NCBI GenBank assembly: GCA_028534125.1
Contig: CM052817.1
Span: 1,490,001 to 1,554,000 of the forward strand
DNA length: 64,000 nucleotides
Reading direction: 5' to 3'
Origin: Lama glama
Taxonomy: Eukaryota
Shown here: piece after piece, positions 12,557 to 25,150 of the stretch
Layout of the letters: the number at the start of each line of letters is the position of its first letter
How positions within the stretch are numbered: the first letter of the stretch is position 1
Notes under the pieces: generated by a model
What the model saw: the letters and a program-made list of their open reading frames with translations, nothing else
The model's database searches: none
Told to the model about the DNA's origin: nothing
Made by a program: the position numbers and the translations under genes

Positions 12557-13559
12557 GTATGGTCTTATTTCTCTGAACTCCGTTTTGCCAAGGGTCTCTT
12601 TCTCTGTGTCTAGTTTCTCTCAACATGGCCATTACTGAATACAAAATTATGTCATTTCAAGTAACTTCTGAAGATGAGGACTGGAGAGGATCAAGGTGCA
12701 CTTAGGAGCTAAATCAGTGTGACTCGTACCCTCCTGTTAGTCGTGTGTGTCTTGCATGAATCTGCAGCCAGCGTTGTCTTGATCTGCCGCACCCCGAGTA
12801 GCTCCAGGGATTTAGGTGTTGGGGAGTCTTTGTCTGTAGAAGCAAGGGGAGGGCTTTTAAATGAAATAAAATTGTGGAGTGATAAGGCTTCAGAAGACAT
12901 TGGTGTGGAAAGGGAGCTTTTTTCCTGGTAGAGATTTGTTTTTCTGTTAACTAGAGGTGAGGGTACCTTATCAGACTATTATTTTTCCTTTGAGACTCAG
13001 TTTTATAACAGATGCTCAAGCAGTTTTCAATTGAAAGGAAACACAAAGGAAGGTCATGGCCATTTGCAGCACTTTGCTAGGTAGTGAAGTCTCCAGTCGG
13101 GGGTGCCGGAAGATGCTCCATTGAGAGGTCTGGCTCCACCTCCTTCCTCATCTCCCGGCCCAGCACCTTCCCACCCCAGTCCCGGTGGAGACCCAAACTG
13201 GCCTTAGTGATGTACTGCGTGTCCTTCCGGTGTTTGTGCAAACGCCAGCATTCCTCCGCTTCCTTCCGAAAAGGCCTGCACCGGAGCACAGTCCGTTCTG
13301 CCCCTCACCCGGCAGCGCCTCCTGACCGGCTGTCTGCGGGGTGCACTTCTTCACGCCCCTCTGCTGGCCTCCCTGTACTCTGTCTGTGGACGTACGTTGT
13401 TCCATTTCGTTTTTCTCTCTAGTCCCCCTGCTTCCCTTTGTTTTCCCACCGTAAACGCTCCAGTGAGTAGCTGTGGACGTCTGACATTTTATACACGGGC
13501 AGTTCTGCCCCTAGGATTGGTCACAGCAGTGGCTCTACTGGGCTAGCGCGTGGTGGCCG

Positions 13560-16500
13560 CCCCCACCCCCGGAAGCGAGTGACATCGTAGTTTTGGACTC
13601 TTGCCTGTCTGGTAGGTAAAAAACGATAACCCTTGGGGTTTCAGGCTGCATTTTTCTGGGCAGAGCTGGGCGTTCTGTCGTCTGCCGAGGGCTCCTTGCG
13701 ATCGGTTCCTTTCCTGCCTTGTGCTGGAGCTACGAGAGTTCTGTGTGTGCTGGCACAAGCCCTTTATCAACTGTGCGGTCTGCAAGTGCTTTCTCTTGGT
13801 CTGGCGGCACGCCTGTTCTTTTTTTGTGGTACTTGAAAAGCAGAAGTTCTTAGCTCTGATGCACTCCAGCTTGTCGGTTTTTTCTTTTATGGATCATGCT
13901 TTTGATGTCATACCCAAGAAATTTTTGCTTATTGCAGACCTGTTTTCTTCTAGAAGATACAGCATTTTAGCTTTTACTTAGGTCTGTGATTCGTTTGAGC
14001 TGGTTTTGCTTATGGTCTGAGCGTAGGGTCCAAATCCATCTCTTTGCATGTTTGGATATCCAGTTGTCCCAGTACCGTTTGCTGAAAAGACCATCCTTTG
14101 CCCTGTTGAACTGCATTGGTCATTGGTTGAAAAGTAATTGACTATAAATGGAAGAGTTAATACCTACATGGTGTATTCTGTTCATTTGATCTCTGTATCC
14201 TCAGAGTATAAACCCATACTATACTTGACTGCTCCTTTATAATAAGTTTGGAAATCAGGTGGCATCTGCCCCCCAGCTGGGTGGGCCATCTTCAGAATTT
14301 TTAGGCTGTTCCTTTGCATTTCCTTGTATGTTTTAGGATTAACTTACTACCTCCTACAAAGAGGCCTGCTTGGGTTTTGGTAGAGATTGCACTGAATTCT
14401 TGAATATTTGGTAGAATTCACCAGCAAAATCCTCTGGGCCTAATCTTTTATTTGTGGGATGATAAGGATCAATTTGGGGAAAATATAATCTTGAGAAAGT
14501 TGAATCTGTCAGCCGGTGAAACAGTCTGTGCTGTTTCTTTCCATTTATTTGAATTACCTTCAATTTCTTTCAGCAGTTGTGAAGATCTTCTTGTCTGTGG
14601 TTCTTGAGCATAGTTCTTAAATTCATTCTTAAATATTAGGTGTTTTTTGATTCTGTAGTGAATGGTATTTTCTAATTTCAATTTTCAATCGATTCTTGGT
14701 AATATACAGAAATACAGTGGATTCTTATAAATTGATCTTAAATTCACCAGCTTTGCTAATAAACTTGTTGCTTTTGAGGGGTTGAGATGTTTTGTGTTTG
14801 TTCCCTTCCTCCAGATTTTGCCAGGTCGTTTTGTCTGTGAATAAACAGTCCCCTTCTTGCTTTCCTACCTGGGCGCTTTTGGTCTCTCACTCCTGCCTTG
14901 CTGAGCTAGCTAGAGCCTTCGGCGCAGTATTGAATAGAAGTGGTGCGAGCAGACGTCTTTGCTTATTCCCAGTCTTGGGGGAAGCACTCAGTCTCTGACA
15001 GTGAGCAGATGCTGGGCTGGGCTGCATGTGTGTCCTTGTCAAGTGACTAGTTGTGTTCTGCGCCCAGATTCCTGAGGGTTTATCAAGAATTCGGGTTTTC
15101 AGATCCCTGTTCTGCATCTGTTGAGAACTCCCTGTGGTTTTCGTCCTCATTCTGTTTCTCTAGTATATCTCATCAAGGGACCTTTTTGGTATTAAACCAA
15201 CCTTGTGTTCCTAGGATAACTCCCACTTGGTCAGGGCATATAATCCTTTTTTTTTTTTCTTTTTCTTTTTCGAATGTCGGTTGGTTGGTTTGTGAAGATT
15301 TTTGCATCTGTGTTGATGAAGGATACTTGTCTATAGTCTGTCCTTACGGGGTCTTCGTCTGGCTCTAGTATCAGGGAAATACTGGCCTCGTAGAATGAGT
15401 TGGGAGGTGTTTGTTCTGCTTGTGTTTTCTGAAGGAATTTGTCTTGAGGTTGAGATTTCTTAAATATCTGACAGAGGCCACCAGGGAAATTCCAAGGGCC
15501 TGGTCTCTTTTGTGGGAAAATTTGCAGTAACTCATGTGAGTTTCGCTGACTCGTTCCAGGTCCATTTGGATTTTCTGTTTCTTCTTGGGTTGGTTAATAC
15601 TTCATCTTGTTAGAAATTTACCTTCCTCATCGAAGTTGTCTGGTTTGATGGAATGAGGTTGCATTAGATTCTCTTTTAATTCTGTGGAGTCTGTAGTGTA
15701 GTGATGTTAATTCCTGGTTTTGGTAACTTTGTTTACTTTTTTTAACCCCTTCAGTCAGTCTGGCTGTAGGTTTATCAACTTCTGTAAATAACCAGTTTTT
15801 GGTTTTGTTAATTTTCTGTTCTCTTTACTCTTCTGATCGCCATTATTTCTTTCTATGTTCTTTGGGTTGGGTTTATTATTCTTTTTCTAGCTTGTTGAAT
15901 CTAAATCTAAAGACTTGTTTTATGGCCTAACATATATGGTCTATCCTAGATTGTGTTCCACGTGCACTTGAACATGAAAATAATTTGCGTTCTGCCCTAC
16001 TTGGGCGGAGTGTCCTGTAGATGAAAGTTTGGTCACAGTGATTGTCCGCATTATTCAAGTCCCTACATCCTTACTGATTTTTCCGTTTAGTTCTACAGAT
16101 TACTCAGGGAGACACTGATGGATTATTCCTCTTTCAGATCTGCCAGTTTTTGATTCATACATTTTGGGACAGTGTTGTTGAATGTGTCTCCATGTATTGT
16201 CTCCCTAATTTAGTGGCCCTCTTGTCATTATGAAATACTTCTTTTCTAATATTTCTTAAAGACTTTTGTCTAACACTAACATAGTCACTCCAGCTGTCTT
16301 AGGGTTATTGAATGCATGTTGTATGTTTTTCCATCCTTTTAATTTCAGCCTCTGTCTGTCTTTGAATCTAAAATTTGCCTTCCCATCTTTTAGTTGGGTC
16401 TTACGTCGTTATCCTGCCATCAGTCTCTGCCTGTTGTTTGGAATCCTTCATTTACATTTAGTGTAATGATTGGTGATACTTACATCTTCCTTTTTGCTGG

Positions 16501-16620
16501 TTATTTCTGTATGTCCCATGTTTTTTGCTCCTCTGTCCCTCCTTTACTTCCTTTTTTGTATCAAACAAAATTTTTAGTGTCTCCTTTAATTCTGTTATTG
16601 ATTCTTTAATTGTGTTTTTG
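13560..16620 (-). mobile_element. old LINE-1 fragments (ORF2, antisense)
   Basis: typical antisense L1 text (ccagttgtcccagtaccgtttgctgaaaagac; GPEDFAGEFYQIFK and LLFNTAPKALASSARQE on - strand); boundaries approximate. Confidence 0.8.
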
Positions 16621-17288
16621 AGTTTAGTTTTTTAAGGGGTGTGGGAAGTTGGGAAAAGGAAGAGCCCCAGGCCAGAAGGCTAGACTCCTTCTGTTCTTAC
16701 CTAAAGTTCTAACAGATTTGCATGAATAAACGCTTCTCAATTTGTTTTTTTCCTTTGGTTGATTTCCAGAGCCTCAAAACGATTGCCTTTGACAGTTGTG
16801 TTCAGTTTTACACTTGTTTTGAGGGAGAGGAGTCACCGACTGCTTCATTCCACCTTAGCCGGAAGTCCCATCTCTGGTGCATTTTGAAGAATCTCTATGT
16901 AACCATCCGTTAAGCAGTGTGAGCCCAGCGGAGCGTGGCACCGGTGGTCTTGTTGTCCTTGGTCCCAGCTCCCCCTCTCCACTCTGCCATCTGGCCGGTC
17001 CCCTTGCCCCTGCTCAGACAGGCGCGGATGCAGGCGGGCGTGGCTGCTGCCTCGGCCGATGCCCAGCGGGGCTGAGGTGCGCACCCCCTCTCTTTTCAGG
17101 TCTCTTCAGTCCACTCCTGGGGGCCCTCGTTTACCTCGCAAGGAGGGGCCCGCTCAACCTGGGGTGTCAGGACGGGCCCTGCTGTCTTTGTATTTGCTGT
17201 GTGACTGACTCTAATTCAGTCCATACCATTCTTTTTTCCCTAAATACTAAATACTAAATTATTAAGTACTTTTTTCCTTTCCTTTTAG

Positions 17289-17540
17289 GCTGAACCAGCT
17301 CCAAACACTTGTGAATGTCACGTTTGTAAACAAGAAGCGTCTGGATTGACGGCATCAGCCATGACTGCGGGGGCCCTCCCTCCTGGCCACCAGTTCCTGA
17401 GCCCCGAGAAGCCCACACACCCTGCTCTGCATCTTTACCCGCACATCCACGGACACGTGCCCTTGCACGCCGTCCCACACCTGCCACGCCCTCTTATTCA
17501 CCCCACCTTGTACACGGCACCCCCCTTCACACACAGTAAG
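17289..17540 (+). CDS. FAM193A: FAM193A coding exon (AEPAPNTCECHVCKQ...PPFTHSK), His/Pro-rich
   Basis: ccttttag| acceptor, AAG|gtaagt donor; 252 nt, phase 0-0. Confidence 0.95.
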
Positions 17541-18356
17541 GTAAGTCAGGGCAGAGGGGGCCCGAAAGCTCACCCGTCACTAAGCTCCTCCGGGCGCCCA
17601 TGTTTAAACAAACAAGAGTCTGTAAATGGGCGGCTCCTGACAGGAGGATCTGTGGATGTTCCCTTTTGCCATAATCTCTTGAACTCTTGGAATTGTGAGC
17701 CTTTACACGTGCGAGAGCAATCGTACAAGTCATGGTTTATTCCTTCAGAGTCAGCTGGTACCTGGAGAGTGGTTCAGGGCACGTTCTAACCACCCGGGCT
17801 GCTGTTCGTTCTTTGCTGGTGGCCTTTTGGGCCTGGCTCTTTGTCTTCATGTGGTGGGTAGAATAATTTGAGTACAGCCTGAGTCCTGTGACACTGGCTG
17901 GGCTGTACCAGGTCCAAAATCACTGTGTTCTCCAAACACGAAAACGAGGGCTTGCATGTAGAAGGCACGTTCTTGAGGGTGCGACCCCTGTGCGTGGGTC
18001 GGTAGGAGATTGTGCTGCCGTGCAGGTGGGTGGGTGAGAGGGCGCGGGGGGACAGTCTGGAAGGGGCCTGTTCAGGACAGCAGTGAGGAGCTGGGAAAGC
18101 CTGACTTGGATGTGCTTCTGTTCGGAGAACCTCGGGCTTACGTGCAGTGTCTTAGACGCGGCAGTGAGATTGTTAGGCTGGTTTCATGCTTTGTACTGTA
18201 GATCGCTTTGCCTCTCTAGCTATTTTGAACTTATTTTATTGATCCTTATCATAAACTTTTTTTTTAATTTTTTTTATCAGTTATTTTGGTTCAAGGTTAG
18301 TTCTAATCAATCAAAAATAGACTTTCCTCCCAAACTCTACTGATTTATTATTTAAA

Positions 18357-18500
18357 GCAGTGATTCTCGACCAGGAGAGAAAGGGGGGACCTGACCTGGA
18401 AGGGGCTTTGTCGTCCTGCACATCACTGTGAAGTGGGGTGTGTGGAGCCTGACGTGTGTTTGCTGGGGTGGGTGCATGGGCCCGGGGTTAACAGCCACTG
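18357..18500. mobile_element. possible hAT-Charlie (MER5/MER20-like) MITE remnant
   Basis: ends cagtgattctc...agccactg resemble Charlie terminal inverted repeats, flanked by TAAA/TAGA-type target sites. Confidence 0.35.
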
Positions 18501-19869
18501 GCTTAGAATGGACTATAGTCAGTTTGTCATGTTCTCTTATAATAAGTGCTTGGTAATCACCCGAGTTTATCCTTAAATTTTATTGGGTAGAATATTGTTC
18601 AGTTTGAACACTTAATGGTGCCTTTGCTAACAGAGTGATTTTTAAATAGTATTACCCAGGTATGTGTTCAAGGCCAGGCCATCTTCATGGTCTGCCCAGC
18701 CTGCAGCCTCTTTCCCTCCAGGTGAGCGTGCGAGGGTGGGAAGCTGTCAGCAGCCTGTCCTTACGTAAGTGGATCTCCATTTTCTAGTCCCTGGGGAACC
18801 ACCCGGAGAAAGGAGTCTAGGATGTTCTCTTACACTTTCTAGCTGGTAGAAGCTGTTTAAGAATTAGTTCCTGAAAACCTTCACGTGAAGAAGTGAAATT
18901 GACTATTCCCAAAGGCCTTTGGGACACCCTCATGACAGCTGATGTTTTCCTGTGACTTTTGGCCTTCTCTCAGGACGTTGTAAGTGGTCCGTGGGGGTAA
19001 AGGAGAAGGGCGTCACCTGGGGTGAAGGCTGTTTATGTGACACCTGCTAAACTCTGGTCCAGTAAGGAGATGTGAACGGTTCATGGATGGAGAGGCAAAT
19101 CCAGAGGACAAGCTGTTAAGCTGTATTTCAACCACTTTACCGTAAACGTCAAGATTGTTCACTGACGCGCTTCATGTACACTAGCTGGGTGCCATTTTTA
19201 TTTGGAAGAATGAGATACGTTTGATAAAGTACTTTATTTGTGCCTGGTGTAAAAATGTTTGTTTCTCTAGCAGTCTTGCATCGTCACTTACCGGGCTTTG
19301 CCGAGCCTGTCTGTGTCATCCGAGTTAGTCTGACTGAGTTGAACACGAGGCTGCGACTGCAGCGAAGCACCGGGGTGCTCGGCCGGCCGCGCCGGGGCGG
19401 CAGGGGCTCCTTCCCCGGAGGCGCGAGCTGCGCTGGGAGGACACGCGCTCGCCTTCCGCTGCGGCGCCGCGCGCCCTCCTGTCCCGGCGCTTCTCTCCTG
19501 CTTCTGTCTCCGCGTCCTCAGGCCCTTAGGATTTCCTGCTCTGGTGAAATGGCGGCTGCTGTCACCTCCGAGACTTTATGTCGCTTCAGTAGGGATTCTT
19601 TCCATTCATGCTTCTGGCACCGTGGGCAAATAGTCGTACCTAAAATGCTTGGAATGAGTACTGTGAGAATTTTACTTTCTTGAAATTAGGAAAACTTGAA
19701 GACTGTTTCTGTTTTCAGAGTGGTCTTCATACCGATGATGTGTTTCATTCATACGTTGAGGTGTGTTATTTCAAAGTTAGAAGTAGTTGCAGGAGGCAAG
19801 TAACAGTGATGAAATACTGGAGGAAGAAACTGTAAATGACAGGGAGTTTAATTCCCAAATGTTTGAGAA

Positions 19870-21800
19870 TTCCCTGGCTATCTTTCTGTTACTGATTTCT
19901 ACTTTAATTCCATTGTGGTCTGAGAGCAGACACTGTATGATTTCTGTTGTTCTGAATTTGTAAACATGCGCTTTATGGCCCCAGATGTGGTCTCTCTTGG
20001 TGAATGTTCCGTGTTCCTTAAGAGGACCGCGCGGCTGCTGGTCTGGGGTGAAGTAGCCTGTAGCTGTCAGTTACGTGAGTTGGTAGGTGGTGCCTCTGGG
20101 TTCGGTTGTGTCCCTGCTGACCTCTGCCTGCCGGGCCTGTTTATTCCTGACAGAGGGAAGTGGACGACACCAACTGCGACATCTCTCCTTGAAGTTCTAT
20201 TAGCCTTTGCCCCACGTGGTTTGATGCTTTTTTGCTAGATGCTTACGTGTTGAGAATTGCTGCATGTTCTTAGGGAATTGACCCTTTCATTGTCAGCGCC
20301 CCTCTTATCCTTGATAATTTCCTTGCTCTGAAGTCGGATCTGTCTGAAGTTGGTGTGGCTGCTCCAGCTTTTGATTAGTGTTACATGGTGTATCTTCTGC
20401 ATTCTCTTACTTTTAACTTAAAGAGAGCTTTGTATTTTGTAGGTTTCTTGTAGACAGGTGGAATGGGTCTTGCTTTTTAATATACTGTGATAATCTCTGT
20501 ATTTTCATTGGTATGTTTAGACCGTTGACGTTTAAAGTGTTTGTAACTGTTTCCTATTCCTTACCAAAGGCTTATTTTTCTGCCTTCTTTGCTTTTAATT
20601 GAACGTCTTCTGACCCCATTTTATCTCCTTCCTCAGCATATCAGTTGTACCTTTTTTTGTTTAATTTTAGCAGTTGTATTAGAATATACATTTTAACTGA
20701 CCTAAATCCTCCAGACACCGCCATTCGACGTCATGTGCAGTGTAGGTGCTTTTTAACCGATCGTCCCCAGTCCCTCCCTCCCACCCCCGTGACACTGCCG
20801 TCATGATTCTCATTTATCTGAGTGTTAGTCACCCGGTACATTGTTGCTGCTACTACATTAAACAGTTGCGTTTAGATCAGTTAGTGGTAAGAAGAGGGAG
20901 AGACTCCCTTTTACCTGTGCTTGTCCCTTCTCTGTTGCTCTCCCTGTCTTCATGTGGACCCACGCGTCTGACCTACGCCGTTTTCCTTCTGCCTGGAGAA
21001 AGTCCTCCGTTGATTCTTGCAGGGCAGGCCTGCTGGAGGCGCGCTCCCTCAGTCTTTGTCTGTCTGAGGAGGTCTTTGCTTCTCCTTCACTTTTGAAGGA
21101 TGATTTCACTGGATACAGAATTCTAGGTTGGTGGGTTTTTTTCTTTCCCCACTTAAAGCATAGTTAATTCCACTCTTTTCTTGCTTGCATGGTTTTAGAT
21201 GAGCTGTGCTCCAACTGTGTTCCTTGCTCTGTAGGCACAGGGGTTTCTCTCCCGTCCTCCCGCCCTCGGCTGCTTCCAGGATTCTTTTGTCTTTGGGTTT
21301 CTGCAGCTGGAGTGTGGCATGCCTGGGGTAGGTTTGGGGCTCTCTGTTCTGTTTGGTGTTCTCCAGGCCTCCTGAATCTGTACTTTGGTGTCTCGTTAGT
21401 TTTGGAAAGTTCTCGGCTGTTACTACTTCAGATATTTCTGCTGCCTGTTCTCTCTCCTGTCCTGACCTGTTACGCTAGGTAAACATCTCCTGAAATTGCA
21501 CCATAGTTCTTGGATTTTTTTTTTTTTTTGGTCGTTGGTGGTGTGATTTTTGGTTTCTGTTTGTTGAAGTTCTCGTTTCTCTCTGCATCTCGGTTTGAAA
21601 AGTTTTTCGTGACGTGCCTCGACGCTCACTGCGCCGGTTCCTTCCTTGGCTGTGTCCAGTCTGCTGATTCTTCGTTTCTCTTACGGCGTTTTTTATTTCT
21701 AGTGTTTCGTTTTGATTCTTTCTTACAGTCTCTGCTTCTGTTACTCATTTGTTCCTGCATGTTGGATACTTCTTCCGTTAGAACCCGTAGCATTTTAGTG
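19870..21800 (-). mobile_element. old LINE-1 fragments (5' ORF2/ORF1 region, antisense)
   Basis: ctactttaattccattgtggtctgagag; ttttgaaggatgatttcactggatacagaattctaggttg; boundaries approximate. Confidence 0.7.
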
Positions 21801-22685
21801 ATTGTAAATGCCCTGTCTGATAGTTCTCAGCCGTCTTATTTTCACATCCCTGCTTCCCTGTTGTGCTGTCTCTCTGAACTTCTGGTTAGGCCTCTTCGTT
21901 CTGCTCTTCTCACCTGAAGCTTGTCTCCTTGTCTTACATTCTATTCAGAGAACCTTTTTTGGATCAGTCTTCTATTTAAGTGATTCTCTTAACTGTGTCT
22001 GATCTGCCACTTAAGTTTGAATTTTTAATCCCACCTGTAATTCATATTTCTAAGCTTTATTTTTCATATGTGTTGGCAACTTTTTATATTCTCTTGTTCC
22101 TTGGTCACTTTTTCTTTCATCTTTCCTTTCTTTAAGCATTTTTCACATAGTTGTTCTGTGTTTGAATGAAACCTGGAGGATCTAAATGTTTTCATTATGA
22201 GGTCATGTTGTCAGTTCGCTCTGTGAGAACCCTGGGGCCCTGAGTAGGGCTGCTTCCTCAAGAGAGGGCTTCCCTCTGTTGCTGCAGAGGTGCCAGCAGG
22301 GCTCTGACCCCGGGCCTCCAGCTCCTCTCGACAGCCTCCAGGTCGCCGGTCTCTCATGGGGCTGCAGACTTGACCCCGTCGCTGTCCGATGGTGCGCAGG
22401 CCTTCAGGGCAGCCGCCCCTCCCCACCTCCACTTGTTCCTGGGTTTTTTTTTTGGTTTTTGTTTTTCTGTTTTGTTTTTTTACAAAATGAGGCAAGATTC
22501 TTCATTGAAGAGGCAGGAGGTAAATTATGGTGAATAATTTATAGTTCTTTTGCCTTCATTCATAGAGTGAAGTAAACATTTTGTTCAGTTGCCAGTTTCT
22601 GATTATGTACATATTTTAATGAAAAATTGAAAATCCTTTTTAGACAAGTATTTCTAAAAGAGCAGTATTGCTTTTTTGTGTATCT

Positions 22686-22795
22686 GTTTTTATTGAAGTG
22701 TAGTCAGTTTACAACGCTGTGTCAGTTTCTGGTGCACAGTGTAATGCTCCAGTCATGCATGGACATGCATACGTTCACCTTCATCTGCTTTTCTG
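22686..22795 (-). mobile_element. very short LINE-1 3' tail fragment
   Basis: tttattgaagtgtagtcagtttacaac... matches the 3' ends of the L1 copies at 6977-7548 and 55110-56200. Confidence 0.65.
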
Positions 22796-24139
22796 CTTGG
22801 CCCTGTTCTTCGTGCCGTCTTCTTATTGCTTCTTCAGGAGAGGTTTCCCTTGCTTGCTCTCTGTAGCTCAGCACTTTGTTACAAAGGCATTTGGTGCCTT
22901 CATCTGGGACATAGAGTGAAGTGCCCCCCCCTTACTGGACAAACCCAAGTGGAGGGAGAGCTCTGACCCTCAAGGGAAGAGCAGGGAGGGCTGCCCATTT
23001 TGCTCCTTCACAGCGCAGTCTCAGCTGCCACGGCCCAGGAGCAATGCTCGAGGCTTCCAACTTTATATCCTGTGTCTTTTCCACCTGGAAGACATGTGAT
23101 GAAGCCATTGCCACACTGACAAGGGCCTATAAATGAAGGCGGAGAGGTGTCCTGAAGTCTCCAGAGGAGCATGAGGAATGTTCGGGAATAGTCAGGAAGC
23201 TCAGTGCATCGAGTGGAGCCTGGTGACGTGGTTCCCACATGGCTCTGGGCGTGTGCACCTGTCACCTCCGATGCTGGGTTATTATGAGCAACCACTGCAA
23301 ATGTGTCTCATAGAGTGAAACATGGCACAGCCGTTAAGTTCAGGGGGCACTTGAGGGAGAAGAGAGCTGTGTGAAAGTTGAGGCGTAAATAGATTGCCAT
23401 TGGGTCAGGCTGTGACTTTGATCTGTGTTGTACCTCAGAGGTAGTATTCAGCTCTTCCGACCCAAGTAATAGCAGCACAGAGGTGCTGCCCGAGCCCTTC
23501 ACCAGCCGTGGCAGCATGCTGACGAGCCTTGGTGAGAGAAACGCAGGGCCAAGGGCCTCCCCGTGGGGCGACTGGGCCCCTCCTGTCTGAGGACTCGGCG
23601 GGGCAGCCTCTCGCCTCCGTGTCCGTGGCATCTGGTGTGACGTGTTGGGGAGCGAGACAGGCTGGGCCTTAGGGCTCCTGCTTGGACTCGAGAGGAGCGC
23701 ATGGTGAAGGCAGTCAGTGCGTGTCAGAGCTTCCGTTTAAAGCAGAGTCCGCTTTCTTGTGAATCACTTTGCTATCAAAGTGGAGAACAGCCGACACTTA
23801 CATAATCGGCACTGTGGATCTGTGTAAAGGCTGAAATCAGCGGTGTAGTTTAATGCACTATCCACGTGTTGAGAGACTTGTTGACACGTCACCAGGAACT
23901 CTGGAGGCATGGCCCCGGGGTGCTCTAGTGACGGGGCTGCTTTTTTTCTGACAGAAACCCGTGGTGTCTTGTGCAGGAGCACTCCTGCAGACAGGGCTCG
24001 TTTGTCCAGACCCTCTGTCCCCATGGTCTCTACAAATGGACCCGTTTCCAGTGGACGGGCTTCTGAGGAAGTGAATCACATGCACGTCTCCAGTGGGTCC
24101 GGGTCATAGTTGTGGCCACTTCTTCCTCTGAGCTAGCCT

Positions 24140-24420
24140 CTGTTCGGCATTTGTTGAACATCCAGTATGTGCCAGGCCCTGTGCTGCCCACCAGGACAGT
24201 GAAAACCAGCTCTTCGCGGGCCCTGTTTGCAGAGATCCCACAGTCTAAAGAGAAGATGAAATCATAAACTTGAAAAATCAAACCACCGTGGTGTACCTTT
24301 ACAGAAATTGTAGGTGTGAAGTAGAGCAGTAACACCAGAGGGCTGTCCGGCCCGTGGGTGGTTCTGCAGAGTGGTGAGGCTGGAGTCGGGCTTCAAAGGA
24401 CACGCCCTGGGGAGACGGGG
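24140..24420 (-). mobile_element. L2 3' end fragment
   Basis: catttgttgaacatccagtatgtgccaggccctgtgct is the characteristic antisense L2 3' end. Confidence 0.5.
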
Positions 24421-25009
24421 TGGGGGTGGTCAGCAACTCCTTGAGTAGCTTCTGAGCCCTGAATCAGCTGCTGCTGTCTCGGGCTGACAGCTGAGTGAGC
24501 GAGGTGGCGCTGCCCCCCTCCACCCCGTCGGGCGTTTGCCCTTTAGCAGGAGGTCCTCGAGACTGAGGAACCTTCTTCCATTTGACTGTCACTTTTCCTC
24601 AGTCCCTTCTCAGCAAAGCAGCTCGTAGCTGATCACACTTTGTGGAAACAGGCATCCGTGGGAGTGTGGTTTTATCCCTTCCTCACTCCTGCCCCGGGTG
24701 GGGCTTCCCCACCAGCAACTCCCAGATCAGGTTCCTGCTTTGACCTTGGATCCAGTCCAGACCCGTGTCTTCCCACCTTCACATCCTGAATGTCCGCCCC
24801 AGCCTCACCCTCCACCTTCGTTGCTCTGAGCCCGGTCGGGTCAGTAGACATGCGGAGCTGTCCAGCTACCCAGGTGGCGTGGCGGCCCACCCCTCCCTGC
24901 ACTGTGGGCAGCGGGGCTGGGACAGGGTGAGGGCTGCTCTTTGCCCAGCGAGACCCACCTTAGCACTCCCGAAGGGCTTCCCGTGGGCCAGATGAAGCAC
25001 TGCACACCT

Positions 25010-25150
25010 GACACTGGTTTAATTCTTACCACGTCCCCTGGAGGTAGGTATTTCCAAATTAGAGATGAAAAACTAAAGCACAAAAAGATTGAGCAATTTG
25101 CCTGAGGTCACACAGCTAGTAAAAGGGAGAGCTGGCGTCTGAACCCTCAG
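25010..25150 (-). mobile_element. MIR SINE
   Basis: agatgaaaaactaaagcacaaaaagattgagcaatttgcctgaggtcacacagctagt, antisense MIR core. Confidence 0.75.
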
